From Alphaproteobacteria bacterium (GTDB lineage: Bacteria > Pseudomonadota > Alphaproteobacteria > CADEGL01), in NCBI GenBank assembly GCA_050180485.1, contig JBFXED010000021.1:245-64244 (forward strand): 64,000 bases of DNA. The letters are read 5' to 3'. The notes under the pieces were generated by a model that searched no databases, was not told the DNA's origin, and saw nothing but the letters and a program-made list of their open reading frames with translations. This document shows positions 1 through 10,241 of the stretch, piece by piece (position 1 is the first letter of the stretch; every line of letters begins with the position of its first letter). The translations under genes and the position numbers were made by a program.

Positions 1-1
1 T

Positions 2-340
2 TCCGACCGGCATTTCCGTCGCGCGGGCCTTGATTACCTGCCCGAGGCCGCGTTGATCCGGCACCGCTCCTGGGCCGCGTATTGCGATGCGCGCCCGGCT
101 GGGCGCCTGATCGCCCTCTCTACCCATGCCGACACCCCCTATACCGGCTTCCGATTCCGGCCTGACGACGCGCTGTTGCTAGGCCAGGAATCGATCGGCC
201 TGCCGTCCGAGGTCGAGGCCGCGGCCGACGCGCGCCTGCGCATTCCCATGCGCGCCGGTTTGCGCTCGCTCAATGTCGCGGTCGCGGCGGCCATGGTATT
301 GGGAGAAGCATTGCGGCAGACGGATGGATGGCCGGCATGA
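2..340 (+). CDS. trmL: tRNA (cytidine/uridine-34 2'-O)-methyltransferase, SPOUT family (5' truncated by window)
   Basis: Frame reads [12 protein letters not shown]...[10 protein letters not shown]...[27 protein letters not shown], typical TrmL motifs; lies just upstream of hemF. Confidence 0.9.
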   Translation, partial: SDRHFRRAGLDYLPEAALIRHRSWAAYCDARPAGRLIALSTHADTPYTGFRFRPDDALLLGQESIGLPSEVEAAADARLRIPMRAGLRSLNVAVAAAMVLGEALRQTDGWPA

Positions 341-1203
341 TGGTGGACGAGCGCAAGGAGGCCGCACGGATCTGGTTCGAAGGCTTGCGCGACCGGATTT
401 GCGCGGCTTTCGAGAAATTGGAAGACGATTATCGGGGTTCCGATGCCGCGCGCGCGGCATCCGGCCGTTTCGAGCGAAAACCTTGGACCAGGACACCCGA
501 ACCGGGCATGGCGTCCGGGGGCGGCGGCGTGATGGCCATCATGCGCGGCCGGGTGTTCGAGAAGGTCGGCGTCAACGTCTCGACCGTGGAAGGCGAGTTC
601 TCGCCCCAGTTCCGCAAGGAAATGAAAGGCGCCGAGGACGATCCGCGCTTCTGGGCCAGCGGTATCTCGCTGGTCGCCCATATGCGCTCGCCGCTGGTGC
701 CCGCGGTCCACATGAACACGCGCCATATCGTGACGTCGCGCGGTTGGTTCGGCGGCGGCGCCGACCTGACGCCCATGACGCCGGACGAGGCAGACACGCG
801 GGATTTCCACGCCGGCCTCAAGGCCGCGTGCGACGCCCACGATCCGTCCTACTACCCGCGCTTCAAACAATGGTGCGACGAGTACTTCTTCCTCAAGCAC
901 CGCAACGAGCCGCGCGGGGTGGGCGGCATCTTCTACGACGATCTGGACAGCGGGAACTGGGAGGCCGACTTCGCTTTCACCCGCGCGGTCGGCGAAGCGT
1001 TCCTCACAACGTATCCGCCGCTCGTGCGCCGGCACATGGACAAGCCCTGGACCGAGGAGCAGCGCCGCCACCAGCTCCAAAGGCGCGGCCGCTACGTGGA
1101 ATTCAATCTTCTTTACGACAGGGGCACGCGTTTCGGCCTGATGACCGGCGGCAACACCGAGGCCATTCTGATGTCGCTGCCACCTTCCGTCACCTGGCCG
1201 TAA
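328..1203 (+). CDS. hemF: Oxygen-dependent coproporphyrinogen III oxidase
   Basis: [66 protein letters not shown]. Confidence 0.96.
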   Translation: MAGMMVDERKEAARIWFEGLRDRICAAFEKLEDDYRGSDAARAASGRFERKPWTRTPEPGMASGGGGVMAIMRGRVFEKVGVNVSTVEGEFSPQFRKEMKGAEDDPRFWASGISLVAHMRSPLVPAVHMNTRHIVTSRGWFGGGADLTPMTPDEADTRDFHAGLKAACDAHDPSYYPRFKQWCDEYFFLKHRNEPRGVGGIFYDDLDSGNWEADFAFTRAVGEAFLTTYPPLVRRHMDKPWTEEQRRHQLQRRGRYVEFNLLYDRGTRFGLMTGGNTEAILMSLPPSVTWP

Positions 1204-1288
1204 TGGCCGAGATCGATTGTCGCGCTTGATTGTCGTTCGGGCGTTCCTTCCCTATCATCGCGCCGCAAACCCAGTTGGAGGGGCAACT

Positions 1289-1825
1289 ATGGTTCGGTTC
1301 CTGGCGGCGTTCACGGCCATCTTCCTGGCATGGACCACGGGCGCGGCGGCGGCGGATATTCCGCTCAATTCGTTCTTCGGCAAGTTCCGCGGCTCGGCCG
1401 TGGCCGAGACGGATGCGGCGAAGAAACTCGACTTCGCGCTGCGCGACCTCGACGTAACGATCGCGCCGAAGGGCGACGGGTTCGAGATCTCGTGGATCTC
1501 GAACCAGCGACCGATCCCTGGCAGCGGCGACAAGGTAAAGAAGCACCAGAACAGTGTCGCGTTCCTGGCACCCAATGAAGACGGCCTCTACAGGCCCGAA
1601 CAGCAGGGCGATCCGTTGACCGGCGGCAGGCTGGCCTGGGCTCGGATCGAGAACCGCACCTTGTTCGTCCATGTGTTGTCGATCGGCGAGCGCGGGGCGT
1701 ACGAACTGCAGAGCTATGCTCGCACTCTGTCGCCGGACGGCAAGGAAATGAAACTTCTGTTCACGCGTTACCAAGACAACCAGCGCGTGCGGCAGGTTTC
1801 CGGCACGCTGAAGCGGTATCAATAA
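1289..1825 (+). CDS. Hypothetical exported protein (paralog of next gene)
   Basis: GGAGG RBS before ATG 1289; signal peptide ending AAAA-D; shares FFGKF.GS.VA, AWARI..TL.V and YE.QSYARTL with 1862..2395. Confidence 0.8.
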   Translation: MVRFLAAFTAIFLAWTTGAAAADIPLNSFFGKFRGSAVAETDAAKKLDFALRDLDVTIAPKGDGFEISWISNQRPIPGSGDKVKKHQNSVAFLAPNEDGLYRPEQQGDPLTGGRLAWARIENRTLFVHVLSIGERGAYELQSYARTLSPDGKEMKLLFTRYQDNQRVRQVSGTLKRYQ

Positions 1826-1861
1826 CCGAGAACGCCGGTCCTGCCGGCACGAGGGGTTAAT

Positions 1862-2395
1862 ATGAAACGCGCCATCGTCGTGCTGGCCGCCATCGGCTGC
1901 TGGCTCGCGCTGCCGGCCGCCGCCGCCGACCTCAATATCAAGGCGTTCTTCGGCAAATTCACTGGCAGCGGTGTCGCCCAGTCGGAAGACAGCCTCTATT
2001 TCGCGACCACCGTGCGCGATACGGACGTGGAGATCGGGCCGACGCCGGATGGGTTCCGCATGGTGTGGACCACGGTCCTGCGCCAGGGCGGCGATCCGTC
2101 CAAGCCGAACGTCCGCCGGAAGCAGACGACGATGGACTTTGTCCAGCAGGTGCAGCTCAACCAGTTCAAGGCCAAGCCCAGCGAGGGTATCCCGCCCGGC
2201 GGCCAGGCTTGGGCGCGCATCAACGGCAACACGCTGACGGTCTATATCTTCAGCGTGGACGAGAACGGCATGTACGAGATTCAGAGCTACGCGCGCACGC
2301 TGACCGGCGCGGGCATGGACCTGATCTTCTCGCGCATCAAGGACGGCGAGGAGACGCGCACCGTGAAGGCCAAGCTGACCCGGATGGCGAACTAG
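1862..2395 (+). CDS. Hypothetical exported protein (paralog of previous gene)
   Basis: GAGGGG RBS; signal peptide MKRAIVVLAAIGCWLALPAAAA; host-like codon usage. Confidence 0.82.
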   Translation: MKRAIVVLAAIGCWLALPAAAADLNIKAFFGKFTGSGVAQSEDSLYFATTVRDTDVEIGPTPDGFRMVWTTVLRQGGDPSKPNVRRKQTTMDFVQQVQLNQFKAKPSEGIPPGGQAWARINGNTLTVYIFSVDENGMYEIQSYARTLTGAGMDLIFSRIKDGEETRTVKAKLTRMAN

Positions 2396-3033
2396 CCGTC
2401 CAGGAGCTTCCGCCAGGCGGGCCACGCGGCCACGCGTTCGGCCATCAACCCATAGCCGCCGCGCAGGGGATGCACGCCGTCGAGCGCGTGCAGATCGGCC
2501 GCGATCCGGGCGTCCGTCTCGAACGGCGTGTAGCAGTCGAGATAGGGCACGCCCAATTCCGCCGCCAGCGCGGCGTAGGCCTTGTTGTATTCAGCGATGC
2601 GCGCGTTGCGGAAATCGTAATTGATGCTGGGCCGCGGCCGCATGGGCTGCAGGCTTTCGTCGACCGGCGTCGGCCCGATCCATAGCGTCGGACGCCAGGC
2701 CTTGGCTTCGGCCAGCATCTTCCGCGCGAGCTTAAGCGATTCCGGCAGCGGCACGCGTAAGCCCTTGCCCACGTCCTCCGCGCTGTCGTTGATGCCGAAA
2801 GCGAAGACGATGGCGCACGGCACGTCCGGCGGGAACCGCGCCTCGCATTCACGCCGCCAGCGCGGCTCGATCAGCGCCGAGGTGTCGCCGCGAATGCCCA
2901 AATTGTAGAGAGTCACGTCGTGGCCGGCCTTGCGCTCGCGCACGCAAACGCGCCCGGGCCAGCCCAGGAAATCGTCGTCGCCCGTGCCGGCGGTGATGCT
3001 GTCGCCCACGAAGGCGTATCTCATGACGGTCAT
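2392..3033 (-). CDS. SGNH/GDSL hydrolase
   Basis: C-terminal part of ORF 2392..4311: FVGDSITAG, YNLGIRGDTS, FGIND, DGVHP; start overlaps cca stop (ATGA). Confidence 0.88.
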   Translation of the reverse strand: MTVMRYAFVGDSITAGTGDDDFLGWPGRVCVRERKAGHDVTLYNLGIRGDTSALIEPRWRRECEARFPPDVPCAIVFAFGINDSAEDVGKGLRVPLPESLKLARKMLAEAKAWRPTLWIGPTPVDESLQPMRPRPSINYDFRNARIAEYNKAYAALAAELGVPYLDCYTPFETDARIAADLHALDGVHPLRGGYGLMAERVAAWPAWRKLLDG

Positions 3034-4298
3034 GACCGGTCTTTCCCCTTCTCCACGATTCGCGCGAGCTGTTCCAACGCCTGCGCCCGGCCGGCCTGGA
3101 AATCGCCCTCGATCCACCAGGCCTCGACCTCTCCGAGCACTCTGCCGACCTCCGGCCCGCCGGCCACGCCGAGCGTCATGACGTCCTCGCCGCCGACAGG
3201 CAAGCGTGGGCGCGCCCATGTTTCGGCCAAACCGAGCAAGGCGCGCCAGCCCTCGGCCTCCCGGCGCGGCGATTCGCCCCTGGCCGCGGTCGCGTCCGCC
3301 CAGGCCAGCAGCACCAGGTCGCGGAATGCTTCCGTCCCCAAGCGATAGAGCCAGCCGCGCGCCACACGCGCGTTCCACTCCGGGTCCGGCCGCACGGGCG
3401 GTACCACGAGACGCGCCAGCCGCTCGCGCTGGGCGTTCGACAGGCGCAGCCGGCCGCACACCGCGTTCGCAGCGGAGGCCCCGCCATCGACCAGCGCGGC
3501 CAGCCGGCGAACTGGATCGGCGCCGACCGTGATGCCCTCCACGGTCACGAGCGCGCGCAGCCGCGCGGCCCCACCGGCCTCGGGCAGGATCGCGGCCAGG
3601 ATTCCCGCTTCCGCCATCAGCGCGACCGTCGAAGCAGGCTCCGGTGCGTTCAAAAGCTTGAGAAGTTCCGCCGCGACACGCTCGCCCGAGAGCGTGGGTA
3701 AAAGATTCGCCAGCCGGCGGCAAGCCGCGAAGCCTTCGGCATCGGGCGCGCCGCGCCCGAAATGGGCATGGAAGCGGAAGAAACGCAGGATGCGCAGCAC
3801 GTCCTCGCGGATGCGCGTTTCGGCGTCGCCCACGAAGCGCACCCGTCCGGCCGAAAGGTCGGCCGCCCCGCCGAACGGATCGTAATATGTGCCGTCCAGA
3901 TCGGCGTAGAGCGCGTTCATGGTGAAGTCGCGCCGCGCCGCGTCGGCCAGCCAATCGTCGGTGAAGGCTACGCGTGCGCGGCGCCCGTCCGTTTCCACAT
4001 CGTGTCGCAACGTGGTGACCTCGAACGGCACGTGATTCACGACCGCGGTCACCGTGCCGTGGTCCAGCCCCGTCGGGATGGCCTTGAGGCCCGCCGCATC
4101 GAGAAGGCGCAGGACGGTTTCCGGCGGATTGGATGTGGCGATGTCCTTGTCGCCCACCGCGCGGCCGGCCAGCGTGTCGCGCACGCATCCGCCGACGAAA
4201 CGCGCGACAGCGCCGTCGGCCGTGAGCGCGGCCATCACCGCACCCACCTCGGGCGCGCCGAGCCACGCCACGCCGGACAGGCGGCCGGCGGGCTTCAT
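3030..4298 (-). CDS. cca: CCA tRNA nucleotidyltransferase / poly(A) polymerase family
   Basis: RFVGGCVRD..G...D.DIAT, EVTTLR, DAARRDFTMNAL, RIREDVLRILRFFRF. Confidence 0.92.
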   Translation of the reverse strand: MKPAGRLSGVAWLGAPEVGAVMAALTADGAVARFVGGCVRDTLAGRAVGDKDIATSNPPETVLRLLDAAGLKAIPTGLDHGTVTAVVNHVPFEVTTLRHDVETDGRRARVAFTDDWLADAARRDFTMNALYADLDGTYYDPFGGAADLSAGRVRFVGDAETRIREDVLRILRFFRFHAHFGRGAPDAEGFAACRRLANLLPTLSGERVAAELLKLLNAPEPASTVALMAEAGILAAILPEAGGAARLRALVTVEGITVGADPVRRLAALVDGGASAANAVCGRLRLSNAQRERLARLVVPPVRPDPEWNARVARGWLYRLGTEAFRDLVLLAWADATAARGESPRREAEGWRALLGLAETWARPRLPVGGEDVMTLGVAGGPEVGRVLGEVEAWWIEGDFQAGRAQALEQLARIVEKGKDRS

Positions 4299-4326
4299 GC
4301 GAGCAAGGCACGGTAGCGGAGGGCCA

Positions 4327-4956
4327 TCAGCGCTCCAGGACGTCGCACAGGTTGATCAGCATGCCCGCCGTGGCGCCCCAGATGAAGCGTCCTTCGTAAG
4401 GCATGGCGAAATAAGTGCGCTCGCGCCCGCGCCAGAAACCCGTGCGGCGTTCGTGGTTGCGGCGATCCAGGACGAAACTCAGCGGAACCTCGAACACGGC
4501 CGCCACTTCGCTCGGATCGGGCTGCAACGGGAAAGGCGGGCGCACGAAACCCACGATCGGCGTCACCACGAAGCCCGTGCCGGTCTCGTAATCGTCAAGC
4601 CGCCCGACCGTCTCCACATGGCTGCGCGCCAAGCCGATTTCTTCCTCGGTTTCGCGCAAAGCCGCGGCGACGGCGTCGTCGTCCGTCTCTTCGATGCGGC
4701 CGCCGGGAAAGGCAACTTGGCCCGCATGGGCCGACAGATGCTCGGTGCGCTGAGTCAACAGCACACTCATCTCCGTCGGGTGCTCGACCAGTGGCACCAG
4801 GACGGCGGCGGAACGGCGCGGCTGCACCGGTTCCGGCAAGCTGGGATCGAAATCGCGGTCGCCGCGCAGGCGCCAACCGCTGGCGTCGCGCACGCGACCC
4901 GCCGTGACCTCGGCGCTGGCACGCAGCCGCTTTAGAATGAAGTCGCGCGTAATCAC
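4327..4956 (-). CDS. CoA pyrophosphatase (Nudix, NudL/PCD1-like)
   Basis: AAVLVPL, LLTQR..HLSAHAGQVAFPGG, ALRETEEEIG Nudix box, IWGATAGML. Confidence 0.92.
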   Translation of the reverse strand: MITRDFILKRLRASAEVTAGRVRDASGWRLRGDRDFDPSLPEPVQPRRSAAVLVPLVEHPTEMSVLLTQRTEHLSAHAGQVAFPGGRIEETDDDAVAAALRETEEEIGLARSHVETVGRLDDYETGTGFVVTPIVGFVRPPFPLQPDPSEVAAVFEVPLSFVLDRRNHERRTGFWRGRERTYFAMPYEGRFIWGATAGMLINLCDVLER

Positions 4957-5525
4957 GCGTCACCCCGCGCGCCCAGCGCGAAGAACACGCCACCGGCCCA
5001 AACCCCAAGCACCGTCTTGCCCGCCTCTGTGCGTTCCACGGCCAAATCGACCAACTGATAGAAGACCGGCCGCAGGATCAGCGCCTCCAACCCCTCGCGA
5101 ACCATGACATAAGGCCGCGGTTCGCCATCGTGGTCCGCGACGCGGATCGGATGGTCGGGGCCAGCCGTGACTTCGTCGTCCACATTGGTACGAAAGACCA
5201 ATTCCTGCGCCTCGCCCTGCCCGCGCGCCTCGAGCGCCACCGCCGTGAAAGGCGCATCCTCCACCTCGATCCGGCCACGTTCGGCCGGCGTGACCAACCA
5301 ATAGGAGCCGTCGGGCGCGCGCCGCAACACGGTCGAGAACAAACGGACCAGAGGTTTGCGGCCAATCGGCGAGCCGTGATAGAACCAAGTGCCGTCACGG
5401 GCGATGCGAATGGCGAATTCGCGGCAGTTTTCCGAGCTGTTTGGCCAAGCTTCCCCGCTCGGCGCGCCGGAAGAAGCGCGCGCGGCGAGGGAGAGAAGAT
5501 TCGGGTCCGGCACGGTTTTCGCCAT
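4953..5525 (-). CDS. DUF1285 family protein
   Basis: IRIARDGTWFYHGSPIGR..LVRLFSTVLR, LVTPAE...IEVEDAPF, FRTNVDD, PYV.VR.GLEA. Confidence 0.88.
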   Translation of the reverse strand: MAKTVPDPNLLSLAARASSGAPSGEAWPNSSENCREFAIRIARDGTWFYHGSPIGRKPLVRLFSTVLRRAPDGSYWLVTPAERGRIEVEDAPFTAVALEARGQGEAQELVFRTNVDDEVTAGPDHPIRVADHDGEPRPYVMVREGLEALILRPVFYQLVDLAVERTEAGKTVLGVWAGGVFFALGARGDA

Positions 5526-5566
5526 CTCGATGTTGCCGTCGGGCCGCCGCGTGTGGAGAGATCGCC

Positions 5567-6583
5567 GTGAACGTGACCCCGACGAGCCTGCCGTCCAACG
5601 AAAGGCCTGACCAGTTGCTGGCCGAGATCGAAGCGCTCGGCGAACGCATGGCTTCCGTCCGGGAACGCGTGGGACGCGTTATCTTCGGGCAAAGCGGCGT
5701 GATCGATGAAACACTTATCACGCTGCTGGCGGGCGGTCACGCCCTGTTGATCGGCGTTCCCGGCTTGGCCAAGACGCGCCTGGTCGAGACGCTCGGCACG
5801 GTTCTAGGCCTCGACGACAAGCGCATCCAATGCACCCCCGACCTGATGCCCGCCGACATTCTGGGCTCGGAGGTCTTGGAGGAACCCGAACCCGGCCGCC
5901 GCTCCTTCCGTTTCATTCCCGGTCCCGTCTTCTGCCAGCTTCTGATGGCCGACGAGATCAATCGCGCCAGCCCGCGCACCCAATCGGCGTTGTTGCAGGC
6001 CATGCAGGAATCCCGCGTCTCGATCGCGGGCCGTTACCATTCGCTGCCGCGTCCGTTCCACGTGCTGGCGACGCAGAACCCGCTGGAGCAGGAGGGCACC
6101 TATCCGCTTCCCGAAGCCCAGCTCGACCGTTTCCTGATGGAGGTGCGCGTCGGCTATCCGGACCAAGACGCCGAGCGCCACATGCTTTTGGCGACCACGG
6201 GCGCGGTCGAGGAGGCACCCATGCCCGTGATGAGCGCGGATGAGCTGCACGCCGCGCAGAAGCTGTTGCGCCGCATTCCCGTGGGCGAAAGCGTGGTGAA
6301 GGCCATCCTGGGCCTGGTCCGCGCCGGCCGGCCCGAATCGACCGACCTCGACGAGATCCGCGCCCAGGTGGCGTGGGGCCCCGGTCCGCGCGCCAGTCAG
6401 GCGCTCATGCTGACCATTCGCGCCCGGGCGCTTCTGGATGGCCGTCTCGCGCCCTCCATCGACGACGTGCTGGCGTTGGCGCCCGCCGTGCTGCGCCACC
6501 GCATGGCGCTGACCTTCGCCGCGCGCGCGGAAGGCGTCACCATCGAGCAGGTCGTCGACCGCTTGTGCGCGCGCCTGGCCTAA
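5567..6583 (+). CDS. moxR: MoxR family AAA+ ATPase
   Basis: GVPGLAKT Walker A, RIQCTPDLMPADILG, LMADEINRASPRTQSALL, ATQNPLEQEGTYPLPEAQLDRF; GTG start after GGAGAG. Confidence 0.93.
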   Translation: MNVTPTSLPSNERPDQLLAEIEALGERMASVRERVGRVIFGQSGVIDETLITLLAGGHALLIGVPGLAKTRLVETLGTVLGLDDKRIQCTPDLMPADILGSEVLEEPEPGRRSFRFIPGPVFCQLLMADEINRASPRTQSALLQAMQESRVSIAGRYHSLPRPFHVLATQNPLEQEGTYPLPEAQLDRFLMEVRVGYPDQDAERHMLLATTGAVEEAPMPVMSADELHAAQKLLRRIPVGESVVKAILGLVRAGRPESTDLDEIRAQVAWGPGPRASQALMLTIRARALLDGRLAPSIDDVLALAPAVLRHRMALTFAARAEGVTIEQVVDRLCARLA

Positions 6584-6602
6584 GCCGCGCGAATCCCGGT
6601 CC

Positions 6603-7487
6603 GTGACGATGGCCGACCGCCGCGCGCTGCAATACCGGGCCGAGCATCTCGCGGGCACGTTCCCGCCACTCTTGGTCGCCGCGCAGCGCGTGGCGGCCAC
6701 CGTCCTGCAAGGCGTCCACGGCCGCCGCCGCGTCGGCATGGGCGAGACGTTCTGGCAGTTCCGTCCCTACGAGCCCGGCGATCCGGTCCAGCGCATCGAC
6801 TGGCGCCAATCGGCCAAGCGCGAACGCGCCTTCATCCGACAGACCGAGTGGGAAGCCGCGCAGACCGTCTGGCTGTGGCTCGATGCCTCGCCATCGATGG
6901 ACTACCGCTCGCATCTGTCGTCCGTCGAGAAGAGCGAACGCGCGACGTTGCTTACGCTCGCCTTGTGCGCGCTGCTGCTGCGCGGGGGCGAGCATGTGGC
7001 GTTCCCAGGCGAGGCGCGCAAGTTCACCGGCCGCTATGCGTTGGAACGCGCGGCCGCGGCGCTCTCGCGCATCGCCGCGCGCGGCAACGACGGCGTGCCG
7101 CCGCCCGCGCCGTTGCCGCGTCACGCGCGGATCGTCCTGATCGGCGACTTCCTGGCGCCGCTGAAGGAGACCGAGCGTGCCGTGCGCGCGCTCGCCGCGC
7201 GCGGCGTGACCGGACACCTGCTGCAGATTCTCGATCCCGCCGAGGAAAGCCTGCCCTTCCAGGGCCGGACGCTGTTCGAGGGTATGGAAAACGACGGCGC
7301 GCTTCTGGTGCGGCGGACGGAAAACCTTCGCGAGGCTTACACCGCGCGCATGGAAGCGCACCGCGCCGCTCTGGCCACGCTCGCGCGCGCGGCCGGCTGG
7401 ACCCTGGCCGTCCACCACACCGACCGTCCGGCCGAGGCGGCCCTGTTGCCGCTTTATGTCGCGTTGGCCGAACGGCCGGGCGTCTAG
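6603..7487 (+). CDS. DUF58 family (VWA-associated) protein
   Basis: HGRRRVG.GETFWQFRPY.PGD...IDWRQSA, D.SPSM; follows moxR. Confidence 0.9.
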   Translation: MTMADRRALQYRAEHLAGTFPPLLVAAQRVAATVLQGVHGRRRVGMGETFWQFRPYEPGDPVQRIDWRQSAKRERAFIRQTEWEAAQTVWLWLDASPSMDYRSHLSSVEKSERATLLTLALCALLLRGGEHVAFPGEARKFTGRYALERAAAALSRIAARGNDGVPPPAPLPRHARIVLIGDFLAPLKETERAVRALAARGVTGHLLQILDPAEESLPFQGRTLFEGMENDGALLVRRTENLREAYTARMEAHRAALATLARAAGWTLAVHHTDRPAEAALLPLYVALAERPGV

Positions 7488-7490
7488 CCC

Positions 7491-10241
7491 ATGTGGTCGC
7501 TTGGCCCGCTCGCCTTTGGTGCGCCTTGGCTTCTGGCCGCTCTGATTGCCTTGCCCGCGCTGTGGTGGCTGCTGCGCGCGACGCCCCCTGCCCCGCGCCG
7601 CGTGCGCTTTCCCGCGCTGCGCCTTCTGATCGGGCTGAAGCAAGAGGACGAGACACCGGCGCGCACGCCATGGTGGCTGTTGCTCTTGCGCTTCGCGATC
7701 GCCGGCCTTCTGATCGTGGGACTCGCGCGCCCGCTGCTCAATCCCGGCAGCCCGCTCTCGGGCAGGGGGCCGCTGCTTCTGGTCGTCGATGACGGCTGGG
7801 CCGCCGCCCGCGAATGGACCGCGCGGGAACGCGCGCTCGACATGCTGCTCGATCATGCCGAGCAGGAGAACCGCAAGGTCGCGCTGGTCACCACCGCGCC
7901 CCGTGTGGGGGTCGCCCCGGCCGACCCGCAGCCCTTTACCGATGCCGGGACGATCCGCCAGCGCGTGAAGGCGCTGACGCCCGAACCCTGGCCGGTCGAC
8001 CGCCGCGCCGTGCTGGAGCGGTTGGAGAAAATGACGCCGCCGGACGGCGTCGAGACCTGGTGGTTGGCCGACAGCTTCGATGACGGAAACGCCGTTTCGT
8101 TGGCCGAACGTCTGGCGCGCTTCGGCCCGCTGACGGTCGCGGAAGACGCGCCGGCGCGGCGGCCGCGCCTGATGCTGGCGCCCAGCGTCGACGCGGGCGG
8201 CCTCATGGTCCGTGCGCGGCGCTTCGCGACGGACGGAGAAGAGACGATCATGGTACGCGGCACCGCGGCCGATGGGCGCCTGTTGACCCGCGAGCCGCTG
8301 CGCTTCGAGCCGGGCCAGGCGGACGGATCCAAGCTCCTGGCGCTGCCGGCGGAGGTGCGCAACCAGGTCGAGCGGCTCGAGATCGAAGGCGAAGCCAGCG
8401 CGGGCGCGACCGCCCTGCTCGACGAACGCTGGCGCCGTCGCGTGGTCGGCGTGGCCGCTTTGCACGCCGAAGGCCGTAGTATGCCGCTGTTGGGCGAGGC
8501 CTACTATCTGGAGAAGGCGCTGGCGCCTTACAGCGAGGTCCGCGTCGGCCCGATCGACGCGCTCCTGGCCCAGCCTCCGTCGATGCTGATCATGCCCGAC
8601 TCGGGCGCCGTGCCGGAGAACGAGGTGCGCGCGCTGGAGAATTGGATGAAAGCGGGCGGCGTGCTGGTTCGCTTCGCAGGGTCGCATCTGGCCCAGGGCG
8701 GCGACGAGCTGGTGCCGGTCGCGTTGCGGCGTGGAGGCCGGGCACTCGGCGGCGCCATGTCGTGGGCGCAGCCCGCGCGCCTGGCGCCGTTCCCCGAGAC
8801 CAGTCCCTTTACCGGCCTGACCGTGCCCGCGGACGTGACTGTCGACCGCCAGGTCCTGGCGCAGCCCGGCCCCGACCTCGAGGGTAAAACCTGGGCGCGG
8901 CTCGTGGACGGCACGCCTCTGGTCACCGGCGAGCGGCGCGGCAATGGCTGGCTTGTGCTATTCCACGTCACCGCCAATCCCGACTGGTCCAACCTGGCCA
9001 TCTCCGGCCTGTTCGTGGAGATGCTGCAGCGGCTGGTCGCACTGGGCGCGGGTTCGGCCGGCGAAGAAGGCGCCGGCGCCCTGCCACCGCTGGCGCTTCT
9101 CGATGGTTTCGGGCGGCTCGGGCCGCCCCGCCCCGGCACCCGCCCCATTCCGGGGCGCGATTTTCTCCAAGCGCGCGTCTCGCCCGAAACACCACCGGGT
9201 CTTTACGGCACGGCCAGCGCACGGCGGGCCCTCAACCTGGCCAGTTCCGTCGGCGAGCTGTCGCTTCTGCCCGCCCTTCCCGCAGGCGCGTCCCGTCATC
9301 TGCTCACCGAGGACGGCGAAGTCGATCTGCAACCTTGGCTCCTGACCCTCGCCCTTGCCCTGGCCATCGCGGATGCCTTGGCCAGCCTGGCCTTGCGCGG
9401 CTATCTGGCCGTTCGGGTGCCGTCTTCGCTGAGACGTGCGGCCATCCTCATCCTGTTGGGCGCAGGGGCGGCTCTTGCCCTCCCCATGGGCCAAGGGTCA
9501 GCCCAGAGCCTGTCCGACCCCACGGCAGCCGCGCTCCGTGCCACCAGCCAAATGCGGCTCGCCTATGTACGTACGGGTAACGCAGAGGTTGACTATACCA
9601 GCCGTACAGGCCTGCAGGGGTTACGGAAAGTCCTCCAAGATCGCACGTCCGTGGAGCTCGGAGACTCCCTGGAAGTCGATATCACACGGGATGAATTGGC
9701 TTTTTTCCCTATCCTGTACTGGCCGCTGGGGCGCGCGCCTCTGACCTTGACACCGGATGTGGTATCTCGCGTGTACGCGTACATTCGCAATGGCGGGATG
9801 ATTCTGTTCGACACCCAGAATCAAGGCGGCCTCGGTGCGGCGAGTCCGGATGCTAGCGTGCCCGGGCTTCAGCGCTTCCTCAGCCGGCTCAACCTGGCGC
9901 CCCTGATCCCCATTCCGGCGGACCATGTGCTGGCCCGCTCCTTCTACCTGCTGTCGGAATTCCCCGGCCGTTGGAACGCAGGCACGGTCTATGTCGAGGC
10001 CAAGGGCGACGGCAAAGATGACGAGGCCGTTTCCTCCATCATCTTGGGCGGAAACGACTGGGCCGCGGCCTGGGCCGTCAGCGACCAGGGCCAGCCGCTG
10101 TTCCCCGTCGTTCCCGGCGGCGAGCGGCAGCGCGAGATGGCCTACCGCTTCGGCGTCAACGTCGTGATGTACGCGCTCACCGGCAACTACAAGTCGGATC
10201 AAGTCCACCTGCGCTTCATCCTGGAGCGCCTGGGCCAATGA
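7491..10241 (+). CDS. BatA-like N-terminus / DUF4159 membrane protein
   Basis: LWWLLRATPPAPRRVRFPA, TPWWLLLLR, VDDGWAAA, C-terminal FPILYWP...HVLARSFYLL...RFGVNVVMYALTGNYKSDQVH. Confidence 0.88.
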   Translation: MWSLGPLAFGAPWLLAALIALPALWWLLRATPPAPRRVRFPALRLLIGLKQEDETPARTPWWLLLLRFAIAGLLIVGLARPLLNPGSPLSGRGPLLLVVDDGWAAAREWTARERALDMLLDHAEQENRKVALVTTAPRVGVAPADPQPFTDAGTIRQRVKALTPEPWPVDRRAVLERLEKMTPPDGVETWWLADSFDDGNAVSLAERLARFGPLTVAEDAPARRPRLMLAPSVDAGGLMVRARRFATDGEETIMVRGTAADGRLLTREPLRFEPGQADGSKLLALPAEVRNQVERLEIEGEASAGATALLDERWRRRVVGVAALHAEGRSMPLLGEAYYLEKALAPYSEVRVGPIDALLAQPPSMLIMPDSGAVPENEVRALENWMKAGGVLVRFAGSHLAQGGDELVPVALRRGGRALGGAMSWAQPARLAPFPETSPFTGLTVPADVTVDRQVLAQPGPDLEGKTWARLVDGTPLVTGERRGNGWLVLFHVTANPDWSNLAISGLFVEMLQRLVALGAGSAGEEGAGALPPLALLDGFGRLGPPRPGTRPIPGRDFLQARVSPETPPGLYGTASARRALNLASSVGELSLLPALPAGASRHLLTEDGEVDLQPWLLTLALALAIADALASLALRGYLAVRVPSSLRRAAILILLGAGAALALPMGQGSAQSLSDPTAAALRATSQMRLAYVRTGNAEVDYTSRTGLQGLRKVLQDRTSVELGDSLEVDITRDELAFFPILYWPLGRAPLTLTPDVVSRVYAYIRNGGMILFDTQNQGGLGAASPDASVPGLQRFLSRLNLAPLIPIPADHVLARSFYLLSEFPGRWNAGTVYVEAKGDGKDDEAVSSIILGGNDWAAAWAVSDQGQPLFPVVPGGERQREMAYRFGVNVVMYALTGNYKSDQVHLRFILERLGQ

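Noticed and set aside
2392-4311. Apparent 639-aa fusion ORF
   Set aside because: Only the last ~213 aa are an SGNH hydrolase; the rest is an alternative frame over cca.
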